A stretch of 64,000 nucleotides of DNA, from contig JBAZYF010000003.1 of NCBI GenBank assembly GCA_041659505.1, positions 22,026 to 86,025 of the forward strand, read 5' to 3'. Shown here one piece after another: positions 29,348 to 39,256 of the stretch. Numbering within the stretch: position 1 is the stretch's first letter; each line of letters begins with the position of its first letter. The stretch is from Parcubacteria group bacterium (lineage in GTDB: Bacteria; Patescibacteriota; Minisyncoccia; Moranbacterales; UBA2206). The notes under the pieces were generated by a model. That model was not told the DNA's origin and did no database searches. It saw nothing but the letters and a program-made list of their open reading frames with translations. The position numbers and the translations under genes are program-made.

Positions 29348-31210
29348 TTATTTTATTTTTGAGCCTATAAATGGAATGCGTGATAATATTTTTTTCATAA
29401 AACTTGGCTGTGGTTGTGGTGTCGCTGGTAACGATTTTTCAGGTAAAGCTTTTGGTTCGGTTATAACCGGCAATTCTTCTGTTTTTCTTTCCTGCTCTTT
29501 TTGCGCCAGTTCATCGGGTTCTTCGCCAAGCAATATTGCTCGATAAGCTTCTTTATCCATTTCCTCAAGAATCATTTCCTGTATCACCCGCTTGCGTTTT
29601 TTCCATTGTTTGAATTCATCGATATTATTCGGATCAGGTTTGTCCTGAGCCACTAATTTATCGTAAAGAAGTAGTACTTGGTTCAATCTTGTTTGCTGAT
29701 CGGGCGGTATAATCGGATCAACTGCCACTACGGCATCGACTTTTATTTTCTTATCCGCCGACGTAAACTCTTTAAAACTCACATCATCTCCAACTACGCG
29801 ATAAAGTTTATTCTCTTCAATAAATTCCTGATTCATTTCAATCAAGATGTTTGCGAGCCGGGTGAGTGTTTCCGAAAGATTTTGAGCGAATGAGCTCAGG
29901 CGCAGATTGCTTTGTCCGATAAGCATAGCCACTTTGCCAAGTGGCTCACTGGATGATTTCGGCACACCCTGAACATACTCAGAAATAGCCAGCGTCTTTT
30001 CAATCTCCTCATGAAGCATTCTTTCTTCGTTTACTCCCATCAAAGAAATGTCGGGCAAGCGCTCCACGACCACATCATCCATTTTACGAAGCTCCCATTT
30101 CGCTCCCGGCGCGAAAATAATATCGTTTTTCGAGATGCCGGAATCCTTACGAATTTTAATGACTGGATCAAGCATTAAAATGACGTCGTCCATGCGCTGA
30201 TTCCGAAGATCAGCAATTTCCACAATAGTCGTCTCAACCGGTTCAATGTGTCCAATAGCCCACAACTCCCAGTTCACTTCGTGATCATAAAGATTAAGAA
30301 AAATACGGCCGTGATTTACTTCTTGATAGGGATTTTCATCGTTGCGCATCAGAATTTCACGATTACCCAATGTAATCAGTTTTCCTTCCTCGAAGTCATA
30401 GCATTCCCACACTTCAATCAACTTTTCTCGTTCATATTTTTCGCTGGATATCTTTATGACTGAATCGCCTTGCACTCTTGATTCGGCGCTTTGAATTTGT
30501 CCCATCTTTTTGATATTGATGTCATAGCGTTCCTGCTTCCAGTCATCTATTTGTTTTGGCTGGAGAAAATTTACGTTTTCGTAAAGAGCATTATCCCCTC
30601 GCGCTTTTTCCTCACGCTCGATTTTTGACTTTGATTTGAGAATACGTCGAATGAGCCATGGACAATCTTCTTCTAAATCTTCAGTTTCAGGAGCGGGCAA
30701 AATATCCCACAAATCGCAAATCGCCAGGAATGGATCATCGTGATCAATGCTCTCATCGGTAAGCCAACTCACCATAGCGATACCATTACCGAAAGTTATT
30801 GCTGATTTCACCCACCGCGGAAGCTTTTTTTGAAGCTTCATAACGTCGAAATCATAATTGACAAGATCATCCCACGCTTGCACTGATTTTGAATTGACAT
30901 CTTTTTTTTCACGCGGAAGCACTCTCGTCTTGCGTTTCGCTGTTATCATGCGAGAAGCCACTGTTTCCACAATCTGAAACGCGATCGGTGGCATAAGACG
31001 TGTCTTGTAGGCATAGTTCATTTTTTCCTGATAAGCACGATACAGTTTATACATACGCAACCATTTTGCACGATATGGCCGCAAATAGTTTTCCGCTCTC
31101 GTGAATCTCTTTTTCCATTTTTCAATGAGCGCTAATTCTTCACTAGACGGCGAATAAGTCTCATTACCCACGACCCCTTCTCTTTTAATTTTCGTAGTTA
31201 CTTCCGCCAT
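29348..31210 (-). CDS. Putative portal (head-tail connector) protein
   Basis: 620 aa with no Walker A, so not a terminase. First gene of the structural operon. Size and position fit a portal. Confidence 0.45.
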   Translation of the reverse strand: MAEVTTKIKREGVVGNETYSPSSEELALIEKWKKRFTRAENYLRPYRAKWLRMYKLYRAYQEKMNYAYKTRLMPPIAFQIVETVASRMITAKRKTRVLPREKKDVNSKSVQAWDDLVNYDFDVMKLQKKLPRWVKSAITFGNGIAMVSWLTDESIDHDDPFLAICDLWDILPAPETEDLEEDCPWLIRRILKSKSKIEREEKARGDNALYENVNFLQPKQIDDWKQERYDINIKKMGQIQSAESRVQGDSVIKISSEKYEREKLIEVWECYDFEEGKLITLGNREILMRNDENPYQEVNHGRIFLNLYDHEVNWELWAIGHIEPVETTIVEIADLRNQRMDDVILMLDPVIKIRKDSGISKNDIIFAPGAKWELRKMDDVVVERLPDISLMGVNEERMLHEEIEKTLAISEYVQGVPKSSSEPLGKVAMLIGQSNLRLSSFAQNLSETLTRLANILIEMNQEFIEENKLYRVVGDDVSFKEFTSADKKIKVDAVVAVDPIIPPDQQTRLNQVLLLYDKLVAQDKPDPNNIDEFKQWKKRKRVIQEMILEEMDKEAYRAILLGEEPDELAQKEQERKTEELPVITEPKALPEKSLPATPQPQPSFMKKILSRIPFIGSKIK

Positions 31211-31544
31211 AAAGAAAAAATAAGCCGAACCCTTTTGAGAGCTCGGCCTAAATTATTTTCAATCTGGTACTTATCGTATCAATGCAAGGCCAAAGCCCCA
31301 AGGAGGATACGGTACTTTTTTTGGTGTCCGCAAACCAAACAAAAAAAACGAGACTACCACTTCATGTCATCAAAACCCGACCATTAATTTTGGTCGAAAG
31401 ATTTTTGATAACAGAAGTCGTAGCCCCGTCTCGTTTAGTTCCATTTTATTGGAACGCCGTCAAGCAAACCTTCTGCGTATTTTGTAATTTTATTTTAGCA
31501 AATAGCCCGAATCTGTCAATAGCTCGATTTTGATTTGACGATTT

Positions 31545-31778
31545 TTACGAGTGGCGATATACTAAAAGCACGAAAATCCGATGAAATGTCGACGTGGCCT
31601 AACCATCCACTGAGTTTCTGCCAAAAGCTGGCAAAATAGCTTAACTAAAGTGTTCGCCACGGAGGCGAAAATTTGGGTGGAACCACGAGTCAGAATAAAA
31701 AAGGCCCGTCCCAGAAATCTTACGTTTTATGCTTTGCATATTACGTTTAAAGATTTTTGAGACGGGTTTTTGTTTTGT
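31545..31778 (+). promoter_or_regulatory. T-box riboswitch leader for thrS, including the intrinsic terminator
   Basis: T-box sequence aaatttgggtggaaccacgag at 31669-31690 (consensus AATTAGGGTGGTACCGCG). Candidate Thr specifier ACC-A in ctaACCAtcc at 31602-31605. Stem I arms gtggcga/tcgccac. Terminator arms cccgtcccagaaatctt / aagatttttgagacggg, followed by tttttgtttt at 31767-31777. Confidence 0.7.
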
Positions 31779-31804
31779 AATTAATTATTTTTTAATTTAA
31801 ATTT

Positions 31805-33571
31805 ATGACAACTAAAAAAACAAGTGAAAATTTGGAAGTTCTGCGCCACTCAACTTCCCACGTCCTCGCGGCATCGGTTTTGGAAATGTTTCCTGAGGCG
31901 AAATTCGCCATTGGACCGGCCATTGAAAATGGCTTCTATTACGACTTTGACTTACCAAGAACTCTTATTCCAGAAGATTTGGAAATATTGGAAGAAAAGA
32001 TGCGCGCCATCATCAAAGCAAACTACCAATTTGAACGAGCAGAGATTTCCACTTCCGAAGCAAGAGCAGATTTCAAAAAACTCGCGCAAGATTATAAAGT
32101 CGAATTGATTGATGAGTTAGAAAAAGCGGGAAACACCAACGTTTCTATCTACAAATCCGACTCATTCGTTGATCTGTATTCTGGACCACACCTAGATTCA
32201 ACTGGAGAAATTCCCGCGGATGGTTTTAAATTAACAAAAATTTCCGGTGCCTATTGGCGAGGCGACGAAAAAAATAAACAATTGCAAAGAATTTATGGCG
32301 TGGCCTTTGCCAGCAAAGTGGAACTAAAAGATTATTTGCATATGCTTGAGGAGGCGGAGAAAAGAGATCATCGGAAAATTGGGAAAGAATTGGATCTATT
32401 TGTCTTTTCTGACTTAGTTGGACCTGGACTTCCTCTCTATACGCACAAAGGTGCGACTATTCGCCGAGAAATTATTAAATACTCAAATGAATTACAAATA
32501 GCCATTGGCTATCAAGAAGTTCATACTCCAAATATTAATAAGGCTGAATTATTTAAGGTTTCTGGCCACTACGAAAAATACAAGGAAGATATGTTGCGCG
32601 TAGTTTCAAATTATACAGATGAGGAATACTTTCTAAAGCCCATGAATTGTCCTCAACATACGCAAATCTTTGCTTCAAGAATGCGAAGCTACAAAGACTT
32701 GCCTATTAGGATTTCTGATTTTGCAAATCTTTACCGCGATGAAAAACCAGGCGAATTATCTGGCCTTACCCGCTTGCGTTGCTTCTGCCAAGATGACGGG
32801 CATTCTTTTTGTCGAGAAGATCAAATTAGAGAAGAATTTGTTTCCGTTCTTGGAGCTATCCAAAAAGCTATGAAAACATACGGGCTAGAATATAAAATAC
32901 GCCTTTCTCTTTGGGATCCACAAAAGCCAGAAAAATATTTAGGAGATCCGGCAGTATGGGAAAATTCGCAAAAACTATTAGAAGAGATATTGATTGAAAA
33001 TAAAATCGAATACGCAGTTGGAATTGGTGAAGCAGCAATTTATGGACCAAAAATGGACTTGATAGCGAAGGACTCGCTCGGCAGAGAATGGCAATTATCG
33101 ACAATCCAACTTGATTTTATTATGCCAAAGCGTTTTGAGCTTGAATACATCGATTCTAATGGAGAGAAAAAAACTCCAGTTATGGTTCACCGCGCGATAA
33201 CGGGATCGCCAGAAAGATTTTTAGGAGTTTTAATCGAACACTACGCCGGAGCATTTCCGACTTGGCTCTCCCCTGTTCAAGTAATGATTGTTCCGATTTC
33301 CGAAAAATTTAATGACTACGCCAAATCCGTAGAGACGCAATTCATTGCGTCTAGTGTTCGCACCTCAATTGATGATTCCAATGAATCCCTCGGCAAACGC
33401 ATCCGACTAGCTGAAAAACAAAAAATCCCCTACATTTTGGTTGTAGGAGAAAAAGAAATGACTGACGGAACTGTTGCTATTCGAAAAAGAGGTGAAGAAA
33501 AAAAGCAGGAGATTTTGAAGGTGGAGGAGTTTTCGGAAAGGATTAAAAAGGAAATTGATGAGAAGTTATAA
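31805..33571 (+). CDS. thrS: Threonine--tRNA ligase (starts at the N2 editing domain; no TGS domain)
   Basis: 588-aa ORF. RHSTSHVLAASVLEMFPEAKFAIGPAIENGFYYDF (editing domain), class II core, C-terminal anticodon-binding domain. Confidence 0.95.
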   Translation: MTTKKTSENLEVLRHSTSHVLAASVLEMFPEAKFAIGPAIENGFYYDFDLPRTLIPEDLEILEEKMRAIIKANYQFERAEISTSEARADFKKLAQDYKVELIDELEKAGNTNVSIYKSDSFVDLYSGPHLDSTGEIPADGFKLTKISGAYWRGDEKNKQLQRIYGVAFASKVELKDYLHMLEEAEKRDHRKIGKELDLFVFSDLVGPGLPLYTHKGATIRREIIKYSNELQIAIGYQEVHTPNINKAELFKVSGHYEKYKEDMLRVVSNYTDEEYFLKPMNCPQHTQIFASRMRSYKDLPIRISDFANLYRDEKPGELSGLTRLRCFCQDDGHSFCREDQIREEFVSVLGAIQKAMKTYGLEYKIRLSLWDPQKPEKYLGDPAVWENSQKLLEEILIENKIEYAVGIGEAAIYGPKMDLIAKDSLGREWQLSTIQLDFIMPKRFELEYIDSNGEKKTPVMVHRAITGSPERFLGVLIEHYAGAFPTWLSPVQVMIVPISEKFNDYAKSVETQFIASSVRTSIDDSNESLGKRIRLAEKQKIPYILVVGEKEMTDGTVAIRKRGEEKKQEILKVEEFSERIKKEIDEKL

Positions 33572-33657
33572 AAAACTTTTCACAGCAATGCCAAGTCTTA
33601 GCCTGTAAAATATGTAAAATTTCGAAAGAGATGTTTTGCAAAAAACAGCTGACATTT

Positions 33658-34506
33658 CTATATTTCTTTTTCCCCAAAAATTACCGCATAACCCCCGACT
33701 TTCACTTTATCATCAACCACTACATATATCTTTCCGCCTTTTCCCATGCAATAACCCTGCTCGATTACAAAATCTTTTTTATCTGAAATCTTATGTTCGA
33801 CCGCATACGCTCCCAAAGCTCCGGCTGCCACTCCGGTTATTGGATCTTCATTAATTCCCGCCAAGGGATTAAATTGTCTGGCATGAAAATCTGAATCCTT
33901 ATCTATCGTTTCCGTGGTAAATGGATAAAATCCTTTTACCAAATGCTCTTTGCAGTAAATTTTCATCTCTTCGAGATCCGGCTTTATTTTGAACAAAGTT
34001 TCCAAAGAATTAACTCCAACTATCAATTTCGGAGTTCCCGTGGAAACCGTCTGAATCGGATAATCCATAATTTCCTGCATTGATAGACCCAATAATCCAG
34101 CAACCTTATTTTTGCTATGTTCATCTCCCCAAAATTGTGGCTGGGCTTGGGTCATCACAATCGAGCCATCTTTTTGAACCTCAACAGGTATAATCCCGGC
34201 TCTTGTTTCAATCGTTACTGTTTTCGATTTCTCTCGGCCTAAATAGATTTTTCTTTTTTTGAATAACGCCCAAACAGTCGCTATTGTTGCGTGACCGCAT
34301 AAATCAACTTCTTGAGTTGGCGTGAAATATCTTATGCCAAAATTAGCTTTATCCGATTTGATAACAAAAGCTGACTCTGAAAATCCTAATTTTTTGGAAA
34401 TTTCAAGCATCTGATTATCCAGTAATTTATCAGCATCAAAAATAACCCCGGCTGGATTGCCTTGGGTTTTATCTTGAGTAAATGCTTTAACTAAAATCAC
34501 TTTCAT
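33658..34506 (-). CDS. PhzF family phenazine-biosynthesis-like isomerase
   Basis: 282-aa ORF. N-terminal GNPAGV motif. DAP-epimerase-like fold family. Confidence 0.75.
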   Translation of the reverse strand: MKVILVKAFTQDKTQGNPAGVIFDADKLLDNQMLEISKKLGFSESAFVIKSDKANFGIRYFTPTQEVDLCGHATIATVWALFKKRKIYLGREKSKTVTIETRAGIIPVEVQKDGSIVMTQAQPQFWGDEHSKNKVAGLLGLSMQEIMDYPIQTVSTGTPKLIVGVNSLETLFKIKPDLEEMKIYCKEHLVKGFYPFTTETIDKDSDFHARQFNPLAGINEDPITGVAAGALGAYAVEHKISDKKDFVIEQGYCMGKGGKIYVVVDDKVKVGGYAVIFGEKEI

Positions 34507-34525
34507 GATCTCACTTTTGGGTATT

Positions 34526-35515
34526 TTAATTTTTTAGATATTTCTCAATATTGGCCTGATGCTCCTCTAGAGTTTTCGCGCAATGGATTTGCCGATTGCT
34601 ATCATGAAGATAATACAAACAATCCGTTTCAGTCGGGTGCAAAACCGCCTCAATCGCATCCAATCCTGGATTGTCAATTGGATAAGGAGGCAGACCTTTG
34701 TTTTTATAGGTATTATAGGGCGAATTAATATTCCTGACATCATCCGCTGTAATAGGCGCCCACCAGCCAGTATCGGTTTTTCCTCTGGCATACTGAACAG
34801 TCGCGTCTATCTCCAGGTTCATTCCTTGATTGAGTCGATTCCATAGTATTCCGGCGATCAGAGGCATATCGCCTTTTCCGGCCGCTTCCCGCTGAATGAT
34901 TGAAGCGAGTTTCAGCCCTGTTGTCCAAACAATATTTTGCTGAGCAAATTGACCAATATAGGGAGCAAATTTTTCATCGAAATTTCTGGTCATTCGTTCG
35001 GCAATTTTCAAGCCACCTTCATCCACTGGAATAAGATATGTATCGGGAAAATATGTTCCTTCAATATAATCTATTTTAATTTTGGTGTAAGTCGTGTTCC
35101 AATTATCGAGATCCTCATCGCTCCAGTTGAAGGTCTTGGCCAGAATTTCCCCGATCTGCTCTTTTCGCAAGCCTTCCGGAATCACTACCCACTTCATATC
35201 AGGACCACTGGTCAGTTTTTCCGCCAATTGCCAAGCAGTCAGATTTTTGGACACACTGTATCCGCCCGGCTGTATTGTATTATGTTTTCGCTTGAAAGAT
35301 AACACGAGATCAAAGGCGAACTTATTTTTTATTAAACCCTGACTTTTCAGTTTATCCAAAGTCTGCGATTCGTTTTGTTTTAGACCTACCGTGAAAACTT
35401 CTTTATTTTCCTGCAACTGAGGCGCGCCGAAAAATATTCGTTGCATCAAGAACAGTCCTGCGCCAATAAGCAAGACTACTCCTAGGATTGCGCCAATTTT
35501 TACTTTTCTACTCAT
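34526..35515 (-). CDS. mltG: Endolytic murein transglycosylase MltG/YceG family
   Basis: 329 aa. N-terminal TM anchor, then YceG-like domain. Confidence 0.8.
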   Translation of the reverse strand: MSRKVKIGAILGVVLLIGAGLFLMQRIFFGAPQLQENKEVFTVGLKQNESQTLDKLKSQGLIKNKFAFDLVLSFKRKHNTIQPGGYSVSKNLTAWQLAEKLTSGPDMKWVVIPEGLRKEQIGEILAKTFNWSDEDLDNWNTTYTKIKIDYIEGTYFPDTYLIPVDEGGLKIAERMTRNFDEKFAPYIGQFAQQNIVWTTGLKLASIIQREAAGKGDMPLIAGILWNRLNQGMNLEIDATVQYARGKTDTGWWAPITADDVRNINSPYNTYKNKGLPPYPIDNPGLDAIEAVLHPTETDCLYYLHDSNRQIHCAKTLEEHQANIEKYLKN

Positions 35516-36038
35516 GCTCTAAGCTTCTCACAAATAGCCATTTCAGTCAAAAACACGATAATTTAAGCATTGCTCTTTTATATGCGCGAGTGGATAACTA
35601 AACAATATTCGGTTATTTATGGCTCAAAAGCGCCAAATTATCCCACCAGAAACAGCCCTCCAAATTACTTGACTTTACCCTTCATCTATCCTAACATCAC
35701 AACACTTCAGGAAAGATAATGCCCAACATAAAGCTTTTGGAGCAAAGGCGGGAGCGTAAAAAATACCCCAAAAGATTGACCAAGATTGCATAGGAACTTT
35801 ACAGAAACTTTACCGGCATTATTTTATACTAAAGTTGTTAATTTAAGATTTGCGCGTTTTGAACCATCCGGCTATTTGGGTGCCCCTCTGTCCACGACTC
35901 GATTGAGCTCATCGCAGTCCGGCAGATTCTCAAATCAAGATCACTTCAAAATCTTTCCAAGTGACTTGATTCAATTGAGTTGGTGTCTGAATTTCTCGAA
36001 TGGCAAAACGCTTAAGTCGCATATAATTATTTAAAGTA

Positions 36039-36806
36039 TTGCTTATGAACAAACAACACTCGAAAAAGAAAATCCTCAAACTGGCAGGAGTCAGTGCTCT
36101 TGCTCTGGTTTTAGGAATAGGCGTGACAAGCGCTTTCGCTTCCAATGAAAGCGGAAAAGGTGTGCAAGAAAAAATCCAATCTTTATTGGACAAATTACAG
36201 GTTACGTCACAGCACGAACAAGAAACCGGCCAGCTTGTGGAAACTTCTCACGGTAAAGTTTTCGCAGGAGAGTCGGCAGAAAAAATGAAAAAATTGCACG
36301 ATGAAACACAGGCGCAAATTGATGCTTTGGTTGCTAGACCGGAAAGCGAAAGACAGAAGGCTGTCACTGAAATCAAAAAAATCGCAGGCAACCAAGACTT
36401 GGCTGTTAATTATAAAAACACCAGCACGTCATCATATAACGCCAATATCCCGGTAGAAATTTACACGACCGATTCTGATCAATTTGAAGTAGACGCTCGT
36501 AATAATAAGATCATTCAATTTGGTCCTCGCCCGCTTGCTATTGGAGAAAAACCCAAGAGTCTCGATACTACTGCCCGCTATTCGAAAGAAGAACTGGAAA
36601 CAATGGCTCGAAAGTTCATTGCCCAAAATGCGCCGGACGTGAAACTAGATGATCTCACTCCGAATTTCGGTGACAAAGAAGGTGTGAACTATTTCTTTCG
36701 TTGGGAAAATACATCACAGGAAGTTGAAGACATGCATCCATTTATTCAGGTCGGATTTTCTCGCGGAGGAAGCTTGCTAAGTTACACTAATTCTCTTGGA
36801 CTTTAA
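36039..36806 (+). CDS. Secreted hypothetical protein (signal peptide)
   Basis: N-terminal KKKILKLAGVSALALVLGIGVTSAFA. Confidence 0.5.
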   Translation: MLMNKQHSKKKILKLAGVSALALVLGIGVTSAFASNESGKGVQEKIQSLLDKLQVTSQHEQETGQLVETSHGKVFAGESAEKMKKLHDETQAQIDALVARPESERQKAVTEIKKIAGNQDLAVNYKNTSTSSYNANIPVEIYTTDSDQFEVDARNNKIIQFGPRPLAIGEKPKSLDTTARYSKEELETMARKFIAQNAPDVKLDDLTPNFGDKEGVNYFFRWENTSQEVEDMHPFIQVGFSRGGSLLSYTNSLGL

Positions 36807-36835
36807 TTCTTAATTATTAAATTCAAAATAAACAT

Positions 36836-37363
36836 ATGAGAATTTTGAAAACAAAGCAAGCAATACTTTTCTCAATGCTTGCGATGATTGCAGTACTAGC
36901 CGGTGGCGTTAAGTCGGCATTCGCGCTCTCCGGAACATACAATTATGCCAGCAGTGGTTCTTATTATTCTGAAACTGGTCCTTCTCAATATTGGCACACG
37001 ACAACCAGTGCCGGCTATTGCGGACACATCAGTGGAACTTGTAGTCCCAACAGTATGCGCTGGACATACAACAATAGTTGCACTGTCAGCAACGAGGCTT
37101 TGTGGGACAACATAAATTCAGCTCAGAATGCTGTGCATAAGGTTTTCATTCCTGGCGTCAATGCTACGACCAGAATGGCGCCTTATGATTTGGTCTATGA
37201 TGGCGCCAGTGAATACGCCTTCACTATTGATCAATACTCTTACTATGATGCTTGGGTGCAAACCGGAACCAAATATGACATCCGCCATACTTGGCTAACC
37301 GATGCAACCTGCGAAGGAGTTTCAACAAAAGTGGGGTTTGACGAGATGCGTATCACTTACTAG
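36836..37363 (+). CDS. Secreted Cys-rich hypothetical protein
   Basis: Signal peptide MRILKTKQAILFSMLAMIAVLAGGVKSAFA. Several Cys in the mature part. Confidence 0.5.
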   Translation: MRILKTKQAILFSMLAMIAVLAGGVKSAFALSGTYNYASSGSYYSETGPSQYWHTTTSAGYCGHISGTCSPNSMRWTYNNSCTVSNEALWDNINSAQNAVHKVFIPGVNATTRMAPYDLVYDGASEYAFTIDQYSYYDAWVQTGTKYDIRHTWLTDATCEGVSTKVGFDEMRITY

Positions 37364-37384
37364 GAATTTTCCTGCCTATCTCAC

Positions 37385-37421
37385 AAAAACAAAAACGGGA
37401 TTAACCCCGTTTTTGTTTTTT
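37385..37421. terminator. Bidirectional rho-independent terminator
   Basis: aaaaacggg-attaac-cccgtttttgtttttt. Confidence 0.5.
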
Positions 37422-37531
37422 GTACATGAAAAGCAGATAATCTGGGCAAACAAAAAAACACCCCAAATGGTGCTTTAAGAAATTTTTAGTGGCAGAGGAA
37501 TCAGGAGTTCCTGAATTATCCTCTGCCTTGT

Positions 37532-37819
37532 TTATGAAAGTTCACGTTCAATTTTCCCTTGAGTTTCTTTGATATTTTTGGAATAAACACGAACTTCTTG
37601 GATACAGGTGCTTCCTCTGACTTTCAGTAGAAGTCCACCAACCATCCCTTCAATTTTGACGTGTTGTTTTCCCCCTCTGATGCCTGAGGTTATATATCCA
37701 GCCACCACCTTTTTCACTTCTGGCATCTTTTGAGCTAGGTCAACTATTTTCTGGGCAGCATCGATCACGGTTGTGTGTCTGCCACCCATTTTACCTCCTT
37801 GACGATGATTTTTGGCCAT
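37532..37819 (-). CDS. Hypothetical protein (95 aa)
   Basis: ORF with AAGGGAGG upstream. Confidence 0.45.
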   Translation of the reverse strand: MAKNHRQGGKMGGRHTTVIDAAQKIVDLAQKMPEVKKVVAGYITSGIRGGKQHVKIEGMVGGLLLKVRGSTCIQEVRVYSKNIKETQGKIERELS

Positions 37820-37880
37820 AAGTTTCCTCCCTTAAAAAGTACTGGCTGGACGAAAAATTGTCCAGCCGTTTTGAGACCCG

Positions 37881-38099
37881 TTAGCCTCTGGAGTAAATGG
37901 CAGTTCTTGGATGATTTCTGCCTCTTACGAGACCGCCTTGGGCTGTGGACAAAATCGATGCTCCTTCTCGTTTCCATAAGCCTTGTTGAACTTTGTAGAT
38001 TTTGCCACTGGACTTGTTTACGCAAGCCCGAAAGTTTTTGCATCTTTTCCCCATTCTGAAAGATGGGCAACTATTGCAAGGCGAACCAGTCAATCCCAT
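37881..38099 (-). CDS. Small basic Cys-rich (zinc-ribbon-like) hypothetical protein
   Basis: Internal ATG at 38099 preceded by AAGGAG with 7-nt spacing. MGLTGSPCNSCPSF..CKNFRAC. Followed by hairpin ggctggac-aatttttc-gtccagcc. Confidence 0.4.
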   Translation of the reverse strand: MGLTGSPCNSCPSFRMGKRCKNFRACVNKSSGKIYKVQQGLWKREGASILSTAQGGLVRGRNHPRTAIYSRG

Positions 38100-38224
38100 A
38101 ACAATCTCCTTTTCCAAAAAGCTGAAAAACAACCCAGAGCTTAAAGAACTATCCCAATAAACTCCTTGAACTAGATTCGCATTTGAATCCGAACAGTAGT
38201 AAAATAAAAAGAGTAAAATTTTAA

Positions 38225-39256
38225 AAAAATAACGATGAAAAAAATGAAAAGAAGTTCTCGCATTTATCAAAGAGTGAACGGAGTGAGTTATCCATTTTAA
38301 GAAAGAAAAGCTATACGTTGCGAGAGATTGCCAAGGTCATGCAACGCAGTATTTCCACTCTTTCCGATGAGTTGAAACGGAATCAAGTTAAGGGAATCTA
38401 TGACGCAAAAAAAGCCCAACATAAAGCGTACGCCAGGAGAAAGTATAGCAAGTATCAAGGAATGAAAATTGTTTCAGAAAATAGACTGAGAGATTTCGTA
38501 GAAGAAAATTTATTGGACGGTCAGTCTCCGGAAAACATCTCGGGACGAATCAAGAAAGTTGAGAAAGAATTGCCAACAGTTTCCAAGGATAGTATCTATC
38601 GTTTCATTGAAAGTCCCTATGGCAGACAGATTGAGTTTGCCCGCACGAACGGCAGAAGAAAAGGAAACAAGCGCGGAAAGAAGAAGCAACCCATTGCAGA
38701 CAGGAACTTCATTAACGAACGGCCTGAGAGCATAAATGAGCGGTCTGAGATTGGTGACGCGGAAGCGGACTTCATTGTTTCGGGAAAAGATGGCAAAGGT
38801 ATTTTGCTGGTAATTGTAGACCGAAAAACCAGAGCGGCTTTTGTTGAAAAAATTACAGATGTTTCAATCGAAAATGTGCATTTGTCTTTTGTAAAAATTC
38901 AACAAAGATTTCCGGAAATGAAAACCATTACCACGGACAATGATATCCTTTTTCGAAAACATAAGGAGTTGGAAAAATTACTTTCGATAAAAATATATTT
39001 TTGTCATCCATATCATTCTTGGGAAAAAGGCACGGTGGAAAACACCAATAAATACATCCGCAAAGATATTCCGAAGGAAAGTAATATTTCCAAATATTCC
39101 AAAAAATTCATTCTCTCCGTCGAAGAGAAATTAAACAGAAGATTTATGAAATGTTTAGCGCATGCTACCCCAAACGAACTGCTGAAAGAATTTAGAAACC
39201 AAAAAAATCGCCAAGTGGCGAAATGTAAAAGTGTTCGGATTGAGCCCGTCGGGTAG
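38225..39256 (+). mobile_element. IS30-family insertion sequence transposase. The N-terminal HTH is encoded in a different frame from the nearest upstream ATG (poly-A tract at 38238-38250).
   Basis: DDE region HPYHSWEKGTVENTNKYIRKDIPK. Frame-2 reading upstream of 38318 gives LSKSERSELSILRKKSYTLREIAKV, matching the IS30 HTH, but with no in-frame ATG back to the stop at 38222. The ATG at 38235 or 38244 in frame 0 ends after 21 aa. Terminal inverted repeats could not be delimited. Confidence 0.75.

Larger units (their letters stand above)
12186..31210 (-). mobile_element. Prophage-like island of about 19 kb. Integrase and lysis module at the left, structural genes running to a portal-like gene at the right. 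No terminase or replication genes seen. att sites not identified.
   Basis: Contiguous minus-strand block: int, holin, Amidase_2 endolysin, large virion protein, tail fiber with xAxIxNAKI repeats, tail-associated amidase, capsid-like, acidic scaffold-like and portal-like genes. Bounded by host genes (GNAT/Nudix on the left, T-box-thrS on the right). Confidence 0.7.

Noticed and set aside
31282-31533. 83-aa plus-strand ORF between the portal-like gene and thrS
   Set aside because: No RBS and an odd composition. It lies in the non-coding junction containing a long inverted repeat (aaacgagac...gtctcgttt) and the start of the T-box leader.
37440-37530. Strong nested hairpin ggcagagga-atcaggagttcctgaatta-tcctctgcc downstream of the 95-aa gene
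   Set aside because: Most simply a terminator or attenuator for the minus-strand gene. Too short and isolated to call an ncRNA.
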